A program made the translations under genes and the position numbers. Positions 1 through 15,320 of a stretch of DNA of 64,000 bases are shown in pieces (position 1 is the first letter of the stretch; each line of letters starts with the position of its first letter). This stretch comes from the human T2T-CHM13v2.0 reference genome, Homo sapiens. Under the pieces are notes generated by a model. It made no database searches. It saw nothing but the letters and a program-made list of their open reading frames with translations, and was not told where the DNA came from. The stretch lies in contig CP068257.2 of assembly GCA_009914755.4 (NCBI GenBank), positions 12,544,001-12,608,000 on the forward strand, given 5' to 3'.

Positions 1-2577
<2,577 letters not shown>

Positions 2578-2885
2578 ATGTGGTACATATACACCATGGA
2601 ATACTATGCAGCCTTAAAAATGAATGAGATCATAGCCTTCACAGGGACACGAATGGAGCTAAAGGCCATTATCCTTAGCAAATTAACACAGAAACAGAAA
2701 ACCAAATGCCACATGTTCTCACTTCTAAGTGGGAGCTAAATGCTGAAATCACATGGACACATGGGGGAGAACAACACACACTGGGCCCTGTTTGTGGGGG
2801 TTATGGGGAGCGAGAGCATCAGGAAGAATATCTAATGGATGCTAGGCTTAATATGTGTACTGGTATAAATAAATGTAGTGGTATT
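2578..2885 (+). mobile_element. 3' end of the older L1 (last ~55 aa of ORF2 plus 3'UTR), directly abutting the previous L1
   Basis: The segment encodes [53 protein letters not shown], which is the ORF2 C-terminus. It is followed by L1 3'UTR-like sequence and is more diverged than the 186-2577 copy. Confidence 0.65.
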
Positions 2886-2989
2886 TAATTCAAAAATTTT
2901 CAGTTATATGATATAATCAATTACTATTTTTTGAAGGATGAGTGGGTTTAAGCCGGTTTAAACTAGGTTCCTATGATTTGCAAATTAGT

Positions 2990-3110
2990 CTTTTTTTTAA
3001 AAAAGAGGTAGAAGGGTTTGGGAGGAGAGAGAGAAAAGAAGGAAAAGAAAACAGAAAGAAGAGGAAAAGAGAAAAGAGGAAAAAATGAAAAAAGAAATTT
3101 TTAAAAATAC
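2990..3110. repeat. Polypurine (GA-rich) tract of about 120 bp
   Basis: The run aaaagaggtagaagggtttgggaggagagagagaaaagaaggaaaagaaaacagaaagaagaggaaaagagaaaagaggaaaaaatgaaaaaagaaa has the purines almost entirely on one strand. Confidence 0.8.
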
Positions 3111-6100
3111 AGTACTGAAATACACCATGATTGAATATAAGCATTAATATCATGAAGTAAATTCTGCTCAAATTAATTTATATGTGCAGTGCAATTCTAA
3201 AATAATCTCAATACAATAACTAAGGAGAGGCAGAAACTGTATAAGAAAAATAAATGACATTTTGAAGATAATAGGACCATGATTAAAATTATGTTCACAT
3301 AATAAACCAATTAAAAAGAGGCCTGTGAAACAGAACCAAAAATAGTTTAATGAAATAGAATGGGGACACCCATAAATATATCATTTTAACTATAATAATT
3401 ATGGCAATTAAAAGCAGTCAAAGGTGATGGATTTTTAAATAAACAATGCTAGGATAATTATTTGATTCTAGTTATATTAAAGTATTCCATGTAAAAGTAA
3501 AATCATATGAACTAGAAGAAGGACACAGTTAATATATATATGATCTCAGATTGAAGAATAATTTTTCAGCATAAAAACAAAGGAAGAAACCAGGAAGCCA
3601 ATAGATTTCATAGCACATACATTTAAAACATCTGTACATAAAGAAACACTATAAACTAGACAAAAGACAAAAAATGAACTACGGAAGTGTTTTCAATATA
3701 AGGTAGGAAAGGAACTAATATATATATACAAAACCATAAATGAGAAAAAAGAAAAAGAATACTATAGTTGAACACCAGGTAAGGGATATAAACAGATATT
3801 TTCTAAAAATATTCAAAGAGTTCATAAATGTATTAAACATATGCTTAGTCTCCTTAAAAAATCAATAAATTTTAATTAAAATAAAATTACCATATCATTT
3901 TTACCTTTATACTCATTGACTACTAACATCAATGTATATTGCAACATTTCAATACAGAATATTTAGGATTCAATTAAATACATGGAAATTATAGACTGGA
4001 AAAATAAATTATCATGTATTTCTAAGATGGGGACTATGCAGCATTTAAGAAATTATGTTTCTGAAAACTAAGGATAACATCAGAAAGCACGTATTATGTA
4101 AAATGAAATACAATAAGATAATAAAAACCATACACATGAACCATATGAATATATATTTCTGCATATATAGCCCATATTTATATAGTACTCATTTTATCCA
4201 TGATATAGCGTATATATAATACACTGTAAACACATGTATATATTTGTGCACATACCTCCCCCCACACACACATCTTTATTGGGTAAGATATTAACCAACA
4301 CAAATGTAGTTTGCAGTGATGCTGATTAAATTGTGTTCTCAGTTTATCTGTATTTCTCTGTGTGATTTCTATTGTCTGTATTTTAATATTTTTAGTTTCC
4401 TATGTCTAAAATATTCATTTCTTAGTTTAATGAGAAAAAATAGATTTAATAGACTTCAGTTAATTAAGAATAAAAATTGCCAAAATGAATGGTATCAGCA
4501 AAAACTGAATATATCTAAAACAGAAAGATTAGTATTAATTTTTGTACCTGTTTGAAAAATTAACAAATTGAGGATCTGAGAAATAGACTAAGTAACTCTA
4601 TTGTGATTCAAAATTCACTAGCAGGTACATAATATAGAATTTTATTTCCAAAGATGTAGGAAGATAATGACTCTAGCAGTAATCTCAACAGAGAGGTAAG
4701 CTGAGAAATAATACTGAAAATCTTATTAGGTTTCAAATTATAGAAGCAGCAAAAATGTTAAAAATACCAAAGACACATGGGGAAGTTATAAATAATCATT
4801 GTAGGTTGTCCAGCATTCTCTCTGAAACATATTTCCATTACAGTTACAATGCCTGTGAAATTGAGAGCAAGGAGATTAAAACAGACAGTCCAGAGGCAGG
4901 CATAGTGCCCTGGACGTGAGCAGCTGAGACTCAAGTACCTCTAGCCTCTCTCAAACATCTCTTGTGACTCTGAGCAAGTTATTTTACCTCTCATCTCTGA
5001 GTCTCAGTTTCCTCATGTTTAAATGGAAGGAGTTGAAAGAAATGGTCTCCTGTTACTGTAACATTCTTTGATTTCAAATGCTTTTTCATGCTGGGCAAGC
5101 TGCTGAGATAAGTTTGTCTTGCAATTTTCAGTGTTTTCATTATTGATTTTATGGTGTATAAAGATAACTTAGTTTGTAATCAAAATGAACAAAAGAACCA
5201 CTAGTTTTGCTGACTCAAGAACAGAGAGCCTTAAAACTTAGCCATAAAAAGCTACAATCCTCACACATCTTAGAAAGATTTAACCCTTTTTTTTTCTGAT
5301 AATCTAAACCCCCATTCTCATCCCAAAAATCCTACATGAAAACCTCCTTCATTCTCTTTCCTCATTTCTGGAAAAAAAACGGATTTGTTAACAACAACAA
5401 TATTAACCACATGATAATAGTTTATATTCAGCTATCACTTCATGGCAAGCCCAGTGTTGTTTTATATTTCCTCTTCTTTTCTTCATTTTATATATGAAGA
5501 AAGTGAAGTTAAAAGAGATTACCTGATCTCAGGCACACAACTAGAAGCCACAGGACATTTCTGGGTGAGAACTGAAAAGCATGAGCACTATATTTTTGGC
5601 ACAAGTTATTATGTAAACATTTGAGCAACATAAATAAGACCCTATCAGAAGTTCACTAGCTCTTTGTTTATTCATGTATAATAAGAAGGAAGACCCTTTT
5701 GGGCCAGCAGAATTCCAAGTACGAAACAATTGACCCACTTTATGCTACGAAGACAGTGGCTTCTATGGCCACAGAGCCAGTTAAGACACAACACTGTAGG
5801 TAAAATGTTAAAATCCCTGAATGCTAGTGGCAGAAAGCAAAATAAAAGGCAAATATAGCTTTAATTATGTAGTTGTGAAGCAATCAAAACACACATTTAG
5901 AAAGAATACAAAATTATAGCTAGATAGGAGAAATAAGTTCTAGTGTTCTACATCAGCGTAGAATGACTATAGTTAACAATAATACATAGTTTCAAATAGC
6001 TAGGAGGATATTGAGTGTTCCCAACATAAAGAAATGGTAACTGTTTGAGATATCAATACACTAATTACTTTGATATGATCACTATGCATTATATCTATCA

Positions 6101-7478
6101 AAATATTACTATGTACTCTAGAAATAATAGGCACAACTATGTCAATTAATTTTTTAATGAAAAAACAAGATAGTCAGCAACTCATTTATGCAAATGTTAG
6201 GAAAGCTGCTGAAAATGAATCTGACTACACAAGCAAAATAAAGTAGGTGTCTAACAAGTCTTTATACCAGGAATTCCCAAGAATGATCTTAAAAATGGAT
6301 GTAAAAAAAAATGACTGGGTACATCAGAATTTTCAGAATGTAATTTCCTGGGGCCAACCCCAGAGATTCTGATTTGGTAGATATATCTGCATTTTTTTAA
6401 GTGGGTAACCCAGAGAATTCTCATATGGTAGTTCATGAAGCACACACGGAGAAGTTTTACATCTGGAAATTATCTAAAAGAATTAAAGAGAAAATGAACA
6501 CGGAAAAAAACACAGTGGATTATTCTAACCTAATTTATATTGCTTTCTACGTGACCAAATCAACATTTATGTTACCTTCTTTGAGCTTCACAATAGAGTG
6601 AGATAGTATTACAGCTATTAACTGCATGTAGAGGGTTAAGTGACTTGGCACAAGATGACATGCCACCAGGACATGAATCTGGGTCTTTTAGTTCCAAATT
6701 TCATTTTCTTTCACATGATCCTTGTTTAAAGAGATTTTGGTACAATAAATTAAAATTCCTTGAGGGCATCTGATTTTAGTAAGTCAAGAAAAATTAATCG
6801 TGGATCATATCAGAAAAATACTGACACAATTTAGAGAAAAATAATGATTTTGTTGAGGCACTCAGCTCAGAATCCCATGGGTTCTGGAAAGATTACTGCC
6901 CTACAAACAGGCTTCTAAGGTTCTGTAACTTCCTATACCCTTATTACTCCAAGGTGGTCTGCGTACCCGTAGGCATCACCTGAGTGCTTAGTAGAATTGC
7001 TAATCTTGGGCTTCACCTCCAGCCTATGGATAAGAATTCGCATTTTTATCACATACTACAAGTTCTGTGACTTTACAAAAATAACTTCATTTTATTCTGT
7101 TTTTCACTTTCCTCAACTGTGAAATGAGAAAGCTGAATTATTCTACCTTTAACATCTCTTCCAAAGCACACAGGAGTGGGAAACTATGTCCTGTGGTCAA
7201 GTCTGGTTGGCAAGCTAAGAATGTTTTTTACATGTTTAAATGGTTGGGAAAAAATCAAAATTATAATATTTGGTGACATGAAAGTTACAACAAATTCAAA
7301 TGTGAGTGTCCATAAATAAAGTTGTATTCGTGCACGTGCACATGCACATTTACTTGTTTATGCATTATCTACTGCTGCTTTCTTGCTTTGGTAACAAAGC
7401 TGAGTAGGTGCAAAAGAGACTGTATGGCCCACAAAACGTAAAATATTTACTATCTGGTCGTTTACAAAAATATTTCCT

Positions 7479-7770
7479 GGCTGGCTCAGTGGCTCATGCC
7501 TGTAATCCCAGCACTTTGGGAGGCTGAGAAGGGCAGATCACTTGAGCCCAAGAGTTGGAGACCAGCCTGGGTAACATAGTGAAACGCTGTCTCTCCAAAA
7601 ATTACAAAATTAGCCAGGCGTGGTGGTGTGTGCCTGCAGCCCCAGCTACCCTGCAAGCTGAAGCCAGAGGATTTCTTGAACCTAGGAGGTCGAGGCTGTA
7701 GTGAGCCATGAACTTCACACTGTACTCCAGCCTGGGTGACAGAATGAGACCCTGTCCAAAGAAAAAAAGA
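7479..7770 (+). mobile_element. Alu (AluS-like) SINE with an A-tail
   Basis: It begins ggctggctcagtggctcatgcctgtaatcccagcactttgggaggctgag and ends ...gagaccctgtccaaagaaaaaaagaa. It is flanked by an imperfect ~14-bp direct repeat, aaaaatatttcctg on the left and aaaaagaatttctg on the right. Confidence 0.9.
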
Positions 7771-9507
7771 ATTTCTGACCCTTGCAATATAATAACAGCA
7801 ACAACAAAAATTTCAGTGTAAATGGTTACAATAAGTTGGTAACTGTACTAAGAATAAATATGCATATATGCATATAATTTGAATATACAGATACATAGAT
7901 GTACTGTATATCTGTATAAAGTTTTTTGATCTATCTCTCCTCTCCCATTTTATTCTACTTACAATTTTTAAAAACACCTGACTAAACTGCTTTTCGGAAT
8001 GTCGTTTCTTTATTAAAGGCAGATTTAATCAATGATTTTCATGTTGACAACCATGAAACATGCCCTCCTTGAGGTATATATCAGAATCTCTAGTGGAGAA
8101 GAAAGGAGCATGTGTAATAAATAAAACACACTTGTATGAAATAAACTACTGGAAATCAACAAAATTTTTTAATCAAGTAGAGATTCAAGGAAAATGAGAG
8201 AATGCATAGAGTCTACATGGGTTAAAAATGAATTTGAGGATCAGTAAAATTTGTAATTCACTTATTTTCTATTTACTACTGTTAATATCTAAAAGTTCTA
8301 CTATTGTATTTTAATCATCATTACACAAGAATTAGCAGACAGAAACATACAAAGCAATTATGTTTGAATTTTCCCAACTGAAAATTTAGGCAACTGACTA
8401 AATAAATACTAATCAAAACAATAATATCAGAAAGTCTGTCAAATAAGTTTTTAATGTAAACTATGATATTAAAATGATTATAACTGTATTAAAAATGACA
8501 CATAAGATTAGGGGCCTAGACTTCAAATTTCTCTGGCTTTCAACTGAAGGTGCCACTATTTTACATTATAATAACATAAAATCCCTATCAAGAAACTTAA
8601 GAGTAATAATATAAATTATAAACTACATATCAGTATCATTTAGTTTCTATATTTAAATATAAAATTCAAACATTTCCAGAATTTATGGTTATCTCAAATA
8701 GCCAATTGAAAACATAAGAAATAATGGTAATTTCTAGTTAATTTTAAAGTTATTCAAGTATGCATTAACAAATTTCAAATAAATTTAAAACATAAAGGAA
8801 ATAATCTGCTCTCATAAAACCCCTACAGAAAACTATCATCTTGAATTTTAAATTTGCCACTGTTATTACCATAAAGTAGAACTAATTGTTCTACTTATAA
8901 GTCGAACAAGTAATTCTACTTTCTCATAAAGTAGAAAACGATACTCTTAATATTGATAAACTTTATTACTGTACGCCAATAAACCAGAATAAAGTTCTAC
9001 CTTATTACCATAAACCAGCTTTGTTTTTCGTCATACTGAATGAGAGCAAAAGTTGTAGTATCTGGTTATTTTGTTTGTTTTGCAATCGATAATTTATCCA
9101 AGTAAGAATTTTCTTCAAAAGTAGAGCTAGTTAAACAAATAAAATTGAAACAAGATATTTAAGGCATAATTTTAAATACCAAATTAATTTCTCCATTACT
9201 GAATTTTTTTCTCTTGAGTATTTCTATTTATTCTCTAGTTACATCTTTTTTTAAAAAAAGGTTTTCTAGTTACTAATTATCTGGCAAGGAAATAAAATGC
9301 AAAATGTCAACTTATTAAACAAACACATGCACACACACACGTACACACACAGAAGTTTTCTTAATAGTAATGTTTGTTATAATTAGTACCAATAATCTAA
9401 CATATTTTTATCCCATTATATCATAACATTCTTTATCCCAGAATACAGACCACACTATTTTATATGCAATTTTTAAAGATAAATCAAATTATTAATTAAT
9501 ATCTTAC

Positions 9508-9553
9508 CAGATCTCACCCAGCACATCAAACAAAGAAAAATGTATACTCTCAT
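9508..9553 (-). CDS. LIPI: Lipase member I exon 1, coding part. ATG is at 9553-9551 on the minus strand and encodes the signal peptide MRVYIFLCLMCWVRS plus the first base of the next codon. The 5'UTR extends to higher coordinates.
   Basis: The minus-strand read is atgagagtatacatttttctttgtttgatgtgctgggtgagatctg followed by the donor gtaagat (GT at 9507-9506). The hydrophobic signal-peptide-like N-terminus matches my recollection of the LIPI start. On chr21 LIPI is the minus-strand gene lying head to head with RBM11. Confidence 0.55.
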
Positions 9554-11994
9554 TTGGAATCTGAGAAAAGCAAAAACAGCACTCAATTCACCAAAAAGGA
9601 AATTCCGTAACTCATTGAGGTTTCTCTTTGGTAGGATCATCACAGGCTGGCAGGTTCTTCTGTAAAAGTTCACTGATTTTTGCTCCTCCCTCTTGGTTGA
9701 AAAGGTGAGGTAGTTTGTTTTCTCCCACTTTAGCTTGTGGTTGTGGGAAGGATTTTTAAGTCACAGGCTCTGTAATAAGTCACAAACAAACCTTCAGCTA
9801 CACAAGTTGAATTTAAGGGAATGATAAATCTAATTACATCTTTCTGTATTCCTTTTAACCTCAGGATTTCAGAAGCGGTCAGGAAAATATGCAAATGTGA
9901 TGTTAGAAAATGCTAGAAATGGAAAGAGTCAGAAAAAGTTGTGGTTTATATTCACTTTGACTACAAACTAAGATATCTTTATATACCATAAATCAATAAT
10001 GAAAGCCATATCCATTAAGCTCTTTCAAGTATAAAAGATGAGCTTTTCATATTTATGTTATTTTACATCCCCAAAGCAGGGGCTATTTTAACATTCAAAA
10101 TTTTGGCTCATCACTTGAGGCTAAAAGGTGAAAATTATAAAAAAAAAAGTATTTAATATGATGACCATTTTAAAATTAGCATACATTTTCTTTTTACATG
10201 TTTACTTAATTATCTTCTTTTCTTAGCAATGGACTTTAGTAAGCAAGAAAAATTGGGAGTTGTTCTAAGTACATAAATTGAAAGTTTAAAAATTAATTCA
10301 TTTTTAAAAAATTCAAGTTTCTCTAAAGTTCCAAAAATACAGTAAGAACAGAAGTGTTTTTTGTATGTTATAAATCTGCAGAAACTAATCTGAGGTCTGG
10401 GGAAGTATTTGAGAAAATTCACAAACAAAATGAAGTATTAGTTTAAAAAAATCACAAACATTTAACTGCTGAGGAAGTTCCATCATTATTTTGAACTGTC
10501 TGATCTCTGGGTGTTTTACATGAGATTTCCATTTTTTAAAAAATACCACCACTACAATTTGTTTGAAGACCAAAAATAATCTAGGTCCTTCCACAGCACT
10601 TAGCTGTAAGAACTGCACCTCTCTAACAAAGATATAAATAAGCCACATCATTTCAGAATATGGGAAGAAAGATAATGTGTCATACATCCTAGAACAAATT
10701 TTTCCTAACAAATTTTACTTAATAAATTAAAATACAAATCTTTCCTCCTTCACTTATAATTTCCTTTTCTCTTTGTGCTTTCAATGTGGCATTATAATAT
10801 GACTCTTGCACATTTACTTTCATCTTTATGAGTTCATACTGAAAAATACTGGCATATCAGGCAGTATAATATAGAGTTTCAAAATTAAAAATCATGCTTC
10901 TTCATTATCATGTATTTTGCCTACTGCCAATATGAGAAAGATGAGGTTATTAATGTTCATTGCATTAAATAGGAAAATATTGGGGGATGACAAAGTTACA
11001 AAATGCCAATAGTTTAGTAAGACAATCTATTTGAGCACTTGTTTAGTCCTCCTTGGATATAAAAAATGATTGTAAGTAGCTTACATACACACTTACAATG
11101 TAAACATTAACTCAAAGGGGATGTTCATGATGATGATGTGATGATGATGATGAAGATTTAAAATTTATTGAGCCCTATGTATCAGGCGTTCTTCAAGCAC
11201 TTTACAAGTGAGTTAATTAGTGTTTGAGATGGAAAATCATTGTTTATCACAATATATTTTGTCACAACCTTTTATTAATTTGTCAATGTGTCAAAATGTT
11301 TAACAATCTTACCCTTTGACTCAGCAATTAAGCAACAAAGATACTTCCTACAGAAATCCAAGACACTTTCCTACAGACACATCCAAGGTCCTTTTATGTG
11401 GCAAATGGCCTACATGTGCACAAATATATGAGCAAAGACATTCATCTCACCATTCCAATAACAGTCAAAAAATGAAAGCAATATAAAATCTAACAATGAG
11501 AGATTAGTCTAATTAGGTATCTACTGTGGATTAAAACTAATGATACAGATTGATCAGTATTTATTGGTGTAAAAGGCCTTCATTACACCTTTTTCATTAC
11601 AAAAAGTTTTAGAGGGCAGAGGGCAAGCTAAAAAACAGTATTATATAGCATGCTTTATTTTCCTAAAGTGTGATATATATAAATATATATATATATTTTC
11701 CTAAAGTGTGATATATATATATTTCAAAGTCTGGAAGGTTTTCCTCCAAAATAGTTATCTCTGCATGATAAATTTGTCAGTAATTTTTACTTTATTTCCT
11801 TAAATTTTAACAATATTTATTTATAATAAACATCTAATACACATAAAACAATTGAAAAACTGTATTTACTTGACAAAAATATGGTTCAGAAAAAATCAGA
11901 ATAAAGACAAAATAAGTGTTTAAAAAAGTGAAGACAAAAATGAGTTCAATTTAAAAAAGCATCCAATAAAATCCCTTAATAGTAGTTGGCCAAC

Positions 11995-12047
11995 CTCCTT
12001 TCCTTCCTTCCTTCCTTCCTTCCTTCCTTCCTTCCTTCCTTCCTTCT
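11995..12047. repeat. (TTCC)n/(CCTT)n tetranucleotide microsatellite of about 13 units
   Basis: There is a perfect ccttccttcctt... run. Confidence 0.95.
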
Positions 12048-12396
12048 GTTTCAGTTGTTCATTCACTTATGCAACTTTTATTAAGTACCTATTGATTTCC
12101 AGGCACAGACTTTGTTGTTGGGGATACAAAGTAAAGACATTAATTTATTTAATCTGTATTCTTTCAATAGCTATTTATTATACACCTACAGGTGTGTCAA
12201 AGATTGTCTTAGGTACTGAAATATATTTACTCTATACTAGTTCCCAGTGAGAAGGACTTGACAGAAGTGTACCTAGGGAACTATGGAAGCACACAAGTGG
12301 AGTGGCCAGCTAATTTGGAAGGCAGAGTTCAGAGAAGCATTGCAGGACATGTTGCCTGGGCTTAACTACAAAAGAGAGTAAGAGTTGGCTGCACAG

Positions 12397-12691
<295 letters not shown>

Positions 12692-14689
12692 TTGGCTGGG
12701 CAAAAGAAGATAAAGAAATGAGCTCTAATTATACATATATAGACATACAGAGGTATACATGTATATATACATATATTTTCATTTATTATATGTTCATTCA
12801 GCTAGGGACATCAGACATCCTGATATAAATGAAGAAAGGCTAGCTCTTTATAGAGTGTTACATGTATTTAACCCATTAAAACCTGATATATGACTAATGG
12901 TACAGTAAATACTGAAAGTGAAGTGAATTATTTTTAACCTACTACTAGATTTATTACCATGCATGCATTCAATATGAGTTAAGAAACAGAACATGCTTAC
13001 ATTAGAAAAATGATATATTGAGATCATATTCTGAAAAAATTGCTAACTACAGAAGCTGACTTTCAGAGTTTATAATATTAACTAAGTATTCTAGAATTAT
13101 AAGCACTATAAACTTATGTACGGCCAGAAGAGGATATTATAACACCAAAATTATGCACATTTGTAGACAAAGAAGGATGCAAATTTCAATAGAACAATAT
13201 AATATGAACATTAATTACAAGTGTAGTTAAAGGTTTGTAGCATACGCACTCATATACATGCAATGGTTTAAACTGAAACCTGAAGATACAGCTTGCATAT
13301 AAGAAGTGTCTGAGGGGAATTCAAGGAGGAAATATGTTGCTTTGATGAGATTTATGAAGTAAATGAATACAAATAAATCAAGAGGTCTACACATAACAGA
13401 GACTTGCAAGTATCCATTCATTTGATCAACATATATTTATTTGCCTACAATATGAGTGTTTCCTTAACTCCTTCTTACTGTACCGCAACTCTACTGATGA
13501 TAGAGGAAAGAAAAAGGAAAAAAAAAAATGGAGACAGGACTTATATCAGTTGAAGGTAACTACTGAAGTTACTAGCATTTATATTATATTTGTGAGGGTA
13601 GAAAGGCTGTCTCTCCCAAAGTATAAGCTTTAGGAGGTCAGACTTTTATATTTCCCTTTGTTTTCCAAGAATTAAGCATTCAGAAAATACCTATTAAATG
13701 AAGTAACTATATTTAGTCCAATCCATTCCTTAAGAAACAGAATCCGAATTCCAAAGAGAAATTACTTGTTCAAAGTAATAAAACTATGTAATGTCAGAGA
13801 TCAATTAGAAATTAGGATTTCCTAAAATGTGTACCTTTTCATTAGAAAAGATGACTTTTTTTGGTCCATCAACCAGATAAAAGCATGCTTCCTCAATTCA
13901 AAATGAAATTTTATCACGATGCCAAACTAAAGGTCAAATAATGTTCTGATCACCTATATGATATTCATGAGATGATCTCAAGGTCCTATGTAGACGTATG
14001 GTAGCTTCAGAAAGGAAGCCAAGTTAACAGTTGACAGCTGATTTATCAAAGTATTGAGATTCTAAGTTTTCTTTCTCCTTTCTTGTAATTTTATTGTTCA
14101 TAAGACTTTTATTAAAAACAAAAATTATCCCCAAGAAAGAACTAAGCCTTTAGCCTGGTACACCATATACAAAGTATAGCCCTGAAACAAAGTACAGCCG
14201 TTGGATCCTGACACAAACCCTAGCTGCCATCCTCAAAAATTCTGGCTTAGACACAAAACTGGCTCACTCTCACCAGTATATCCCTTGGTATTTGCTTTCT
14301 CAAGTTCCTTTTGGAGTCCACTTAAAACCTCTGCGACCAGTTTCAAAAACTCATCTAGGGAGCACTTTCTAGGAAAATAAACTTTAATTCTAGTTTTCTG
14401 TTGTATCCACATCCATGCAAACATCGATTCTTTCAAAAATTATTTATAGTTTAATATCTTCATGATTTGTTCATTTATTCTTTGGACCCAAAGAAATGTA
14501 TCTCCCCGCATTTGCCTGGGAGCTTCTGCAATGAAGTTACCACAATTTAAATCATCTCTACAGTGACTTTATTTAAAATGTTGATTGAATAAATCCAAAC
14601 TCAATTAATGTGCCAGAAAAAAAGGAAGCCACCCCACTAGCTAAAGAGTAAAGCCCTTTCTGCATTCATCTTTCTTACTCTCACCCACT

Positions 14690-15320
14690 CTCCCACCGCC
14701 CAGCCCTACGCCAGGCGAGGGAGCAGTGCGGTGGGCGGTACCCCAAGTCCGCTGGGGGCGTGGCCCTGGAGCCATGCCTCGCCCCCAGCGCGCGCTCCCG
14801 GCGCCGGCCCCGCCCCCTCACCCAGGCGGCGCCGTAAAGCCGGAGAAGGGGCGGGGTCTCAGCTCCTACTTCATTCTACGGCCGAGACCGGAGGATGTTC
14901 CCTGCTCAGGAGGAGGCCGACAGGACCGTGTTTGTTGGGAATTTAGAGGCCCGAGTTCGGGAAGAGATTCTGTACGAGCTGTTCCTTCAGGTACCGTCTC
15001 TGGGAAGGGGCGGCGGAGGGGCGGAGCACGTCGGGCCGGAAACATAGCGCGCACCTGGACCACCCGGAGCCCGGCCCCCTTCCGTCCCATCCTGAGCAGG
15101 GGTTTTAATTTCGTTTCCTCTTGGCGCACCTGTCTCCAGGTGAGCGGCTGGGGAGTGAAATGAGGGCGCGTTCCCCATCCCCATCCGCGCTGCAGAGTCC
15201 TGGGGTTGGGCAGGGACGTGGTTCCTTCAACCCCCGTTTCTGATTAAGGGCTTCCCAGAGGCTGCCTGGGCCTCGGGTGTGCGCGGGCAGAACCGAAAAC
15301 AGCCTGGTCACTGTTCTCCG
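14690..15320 (+). promoter_or_regulatory. RBM11: CpG island / TATA-less promoter and exon-1 region of RBM11. It carries Sp1-type GC boxes (gccccgcccc near 14806, ggggcggggt near 14849).
   Basis: There is a sharp switch from AT-rich flanks to GC- and CpG-rich sequence (cgcgcgctcccggcgccggccccgccccc) immediately upstream of the RBM11 ATG at 14895. The TSS itself cannot be read from sequence, and I only estimate it at 14840-14860. Confidence 0.7.
14895..14990 (+). CDS. RBM11: RBM11 coding exon 1 (MFPAQEEADRTVFVGNLEARVREEILYELFLQ). It contains the RRM RNP-2 motif VFVGNL. The donor GT is at 14991.
   Basis: The ATG sits in a good Kozak-like context (accggaggATGt). The 96-nt exon ends in phase 0 and is followed by gtaccg. 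The peptide matches RNA-binding motif protein 11. Confidence 0.9.

Noticed and set aside
9554-9673. The N-terminal 40 aa (MNFYRRTCQPVMILPKRNLNELRNFLFGELSAVFAFLRFQ) of the minus-strand ORF 9473-9673
   Set aside because: The ORF begins at a non-ATG start in the track. The biologically sensible start is the internal ATG at 9553 that opens the signal peptide. The upstream part is most likely 5'UTR read in frame.
14726-15311. Overlapping long ORFs on both strands in the RBM11 CpG island (145 aa on plus, 87, 65 and 68 aa on minus). The ORF finder uses GTG-type starts.
   Set aside because: They are GC-rich, stop-codon-poor sequence with Pro/Arg/Gly/Ala-rich translations and alternative start codons. 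The real coding frame is the short exon-1 reading frame from ATG 14895 to the GT donor at 14991. There is no support for the longer ORFs.
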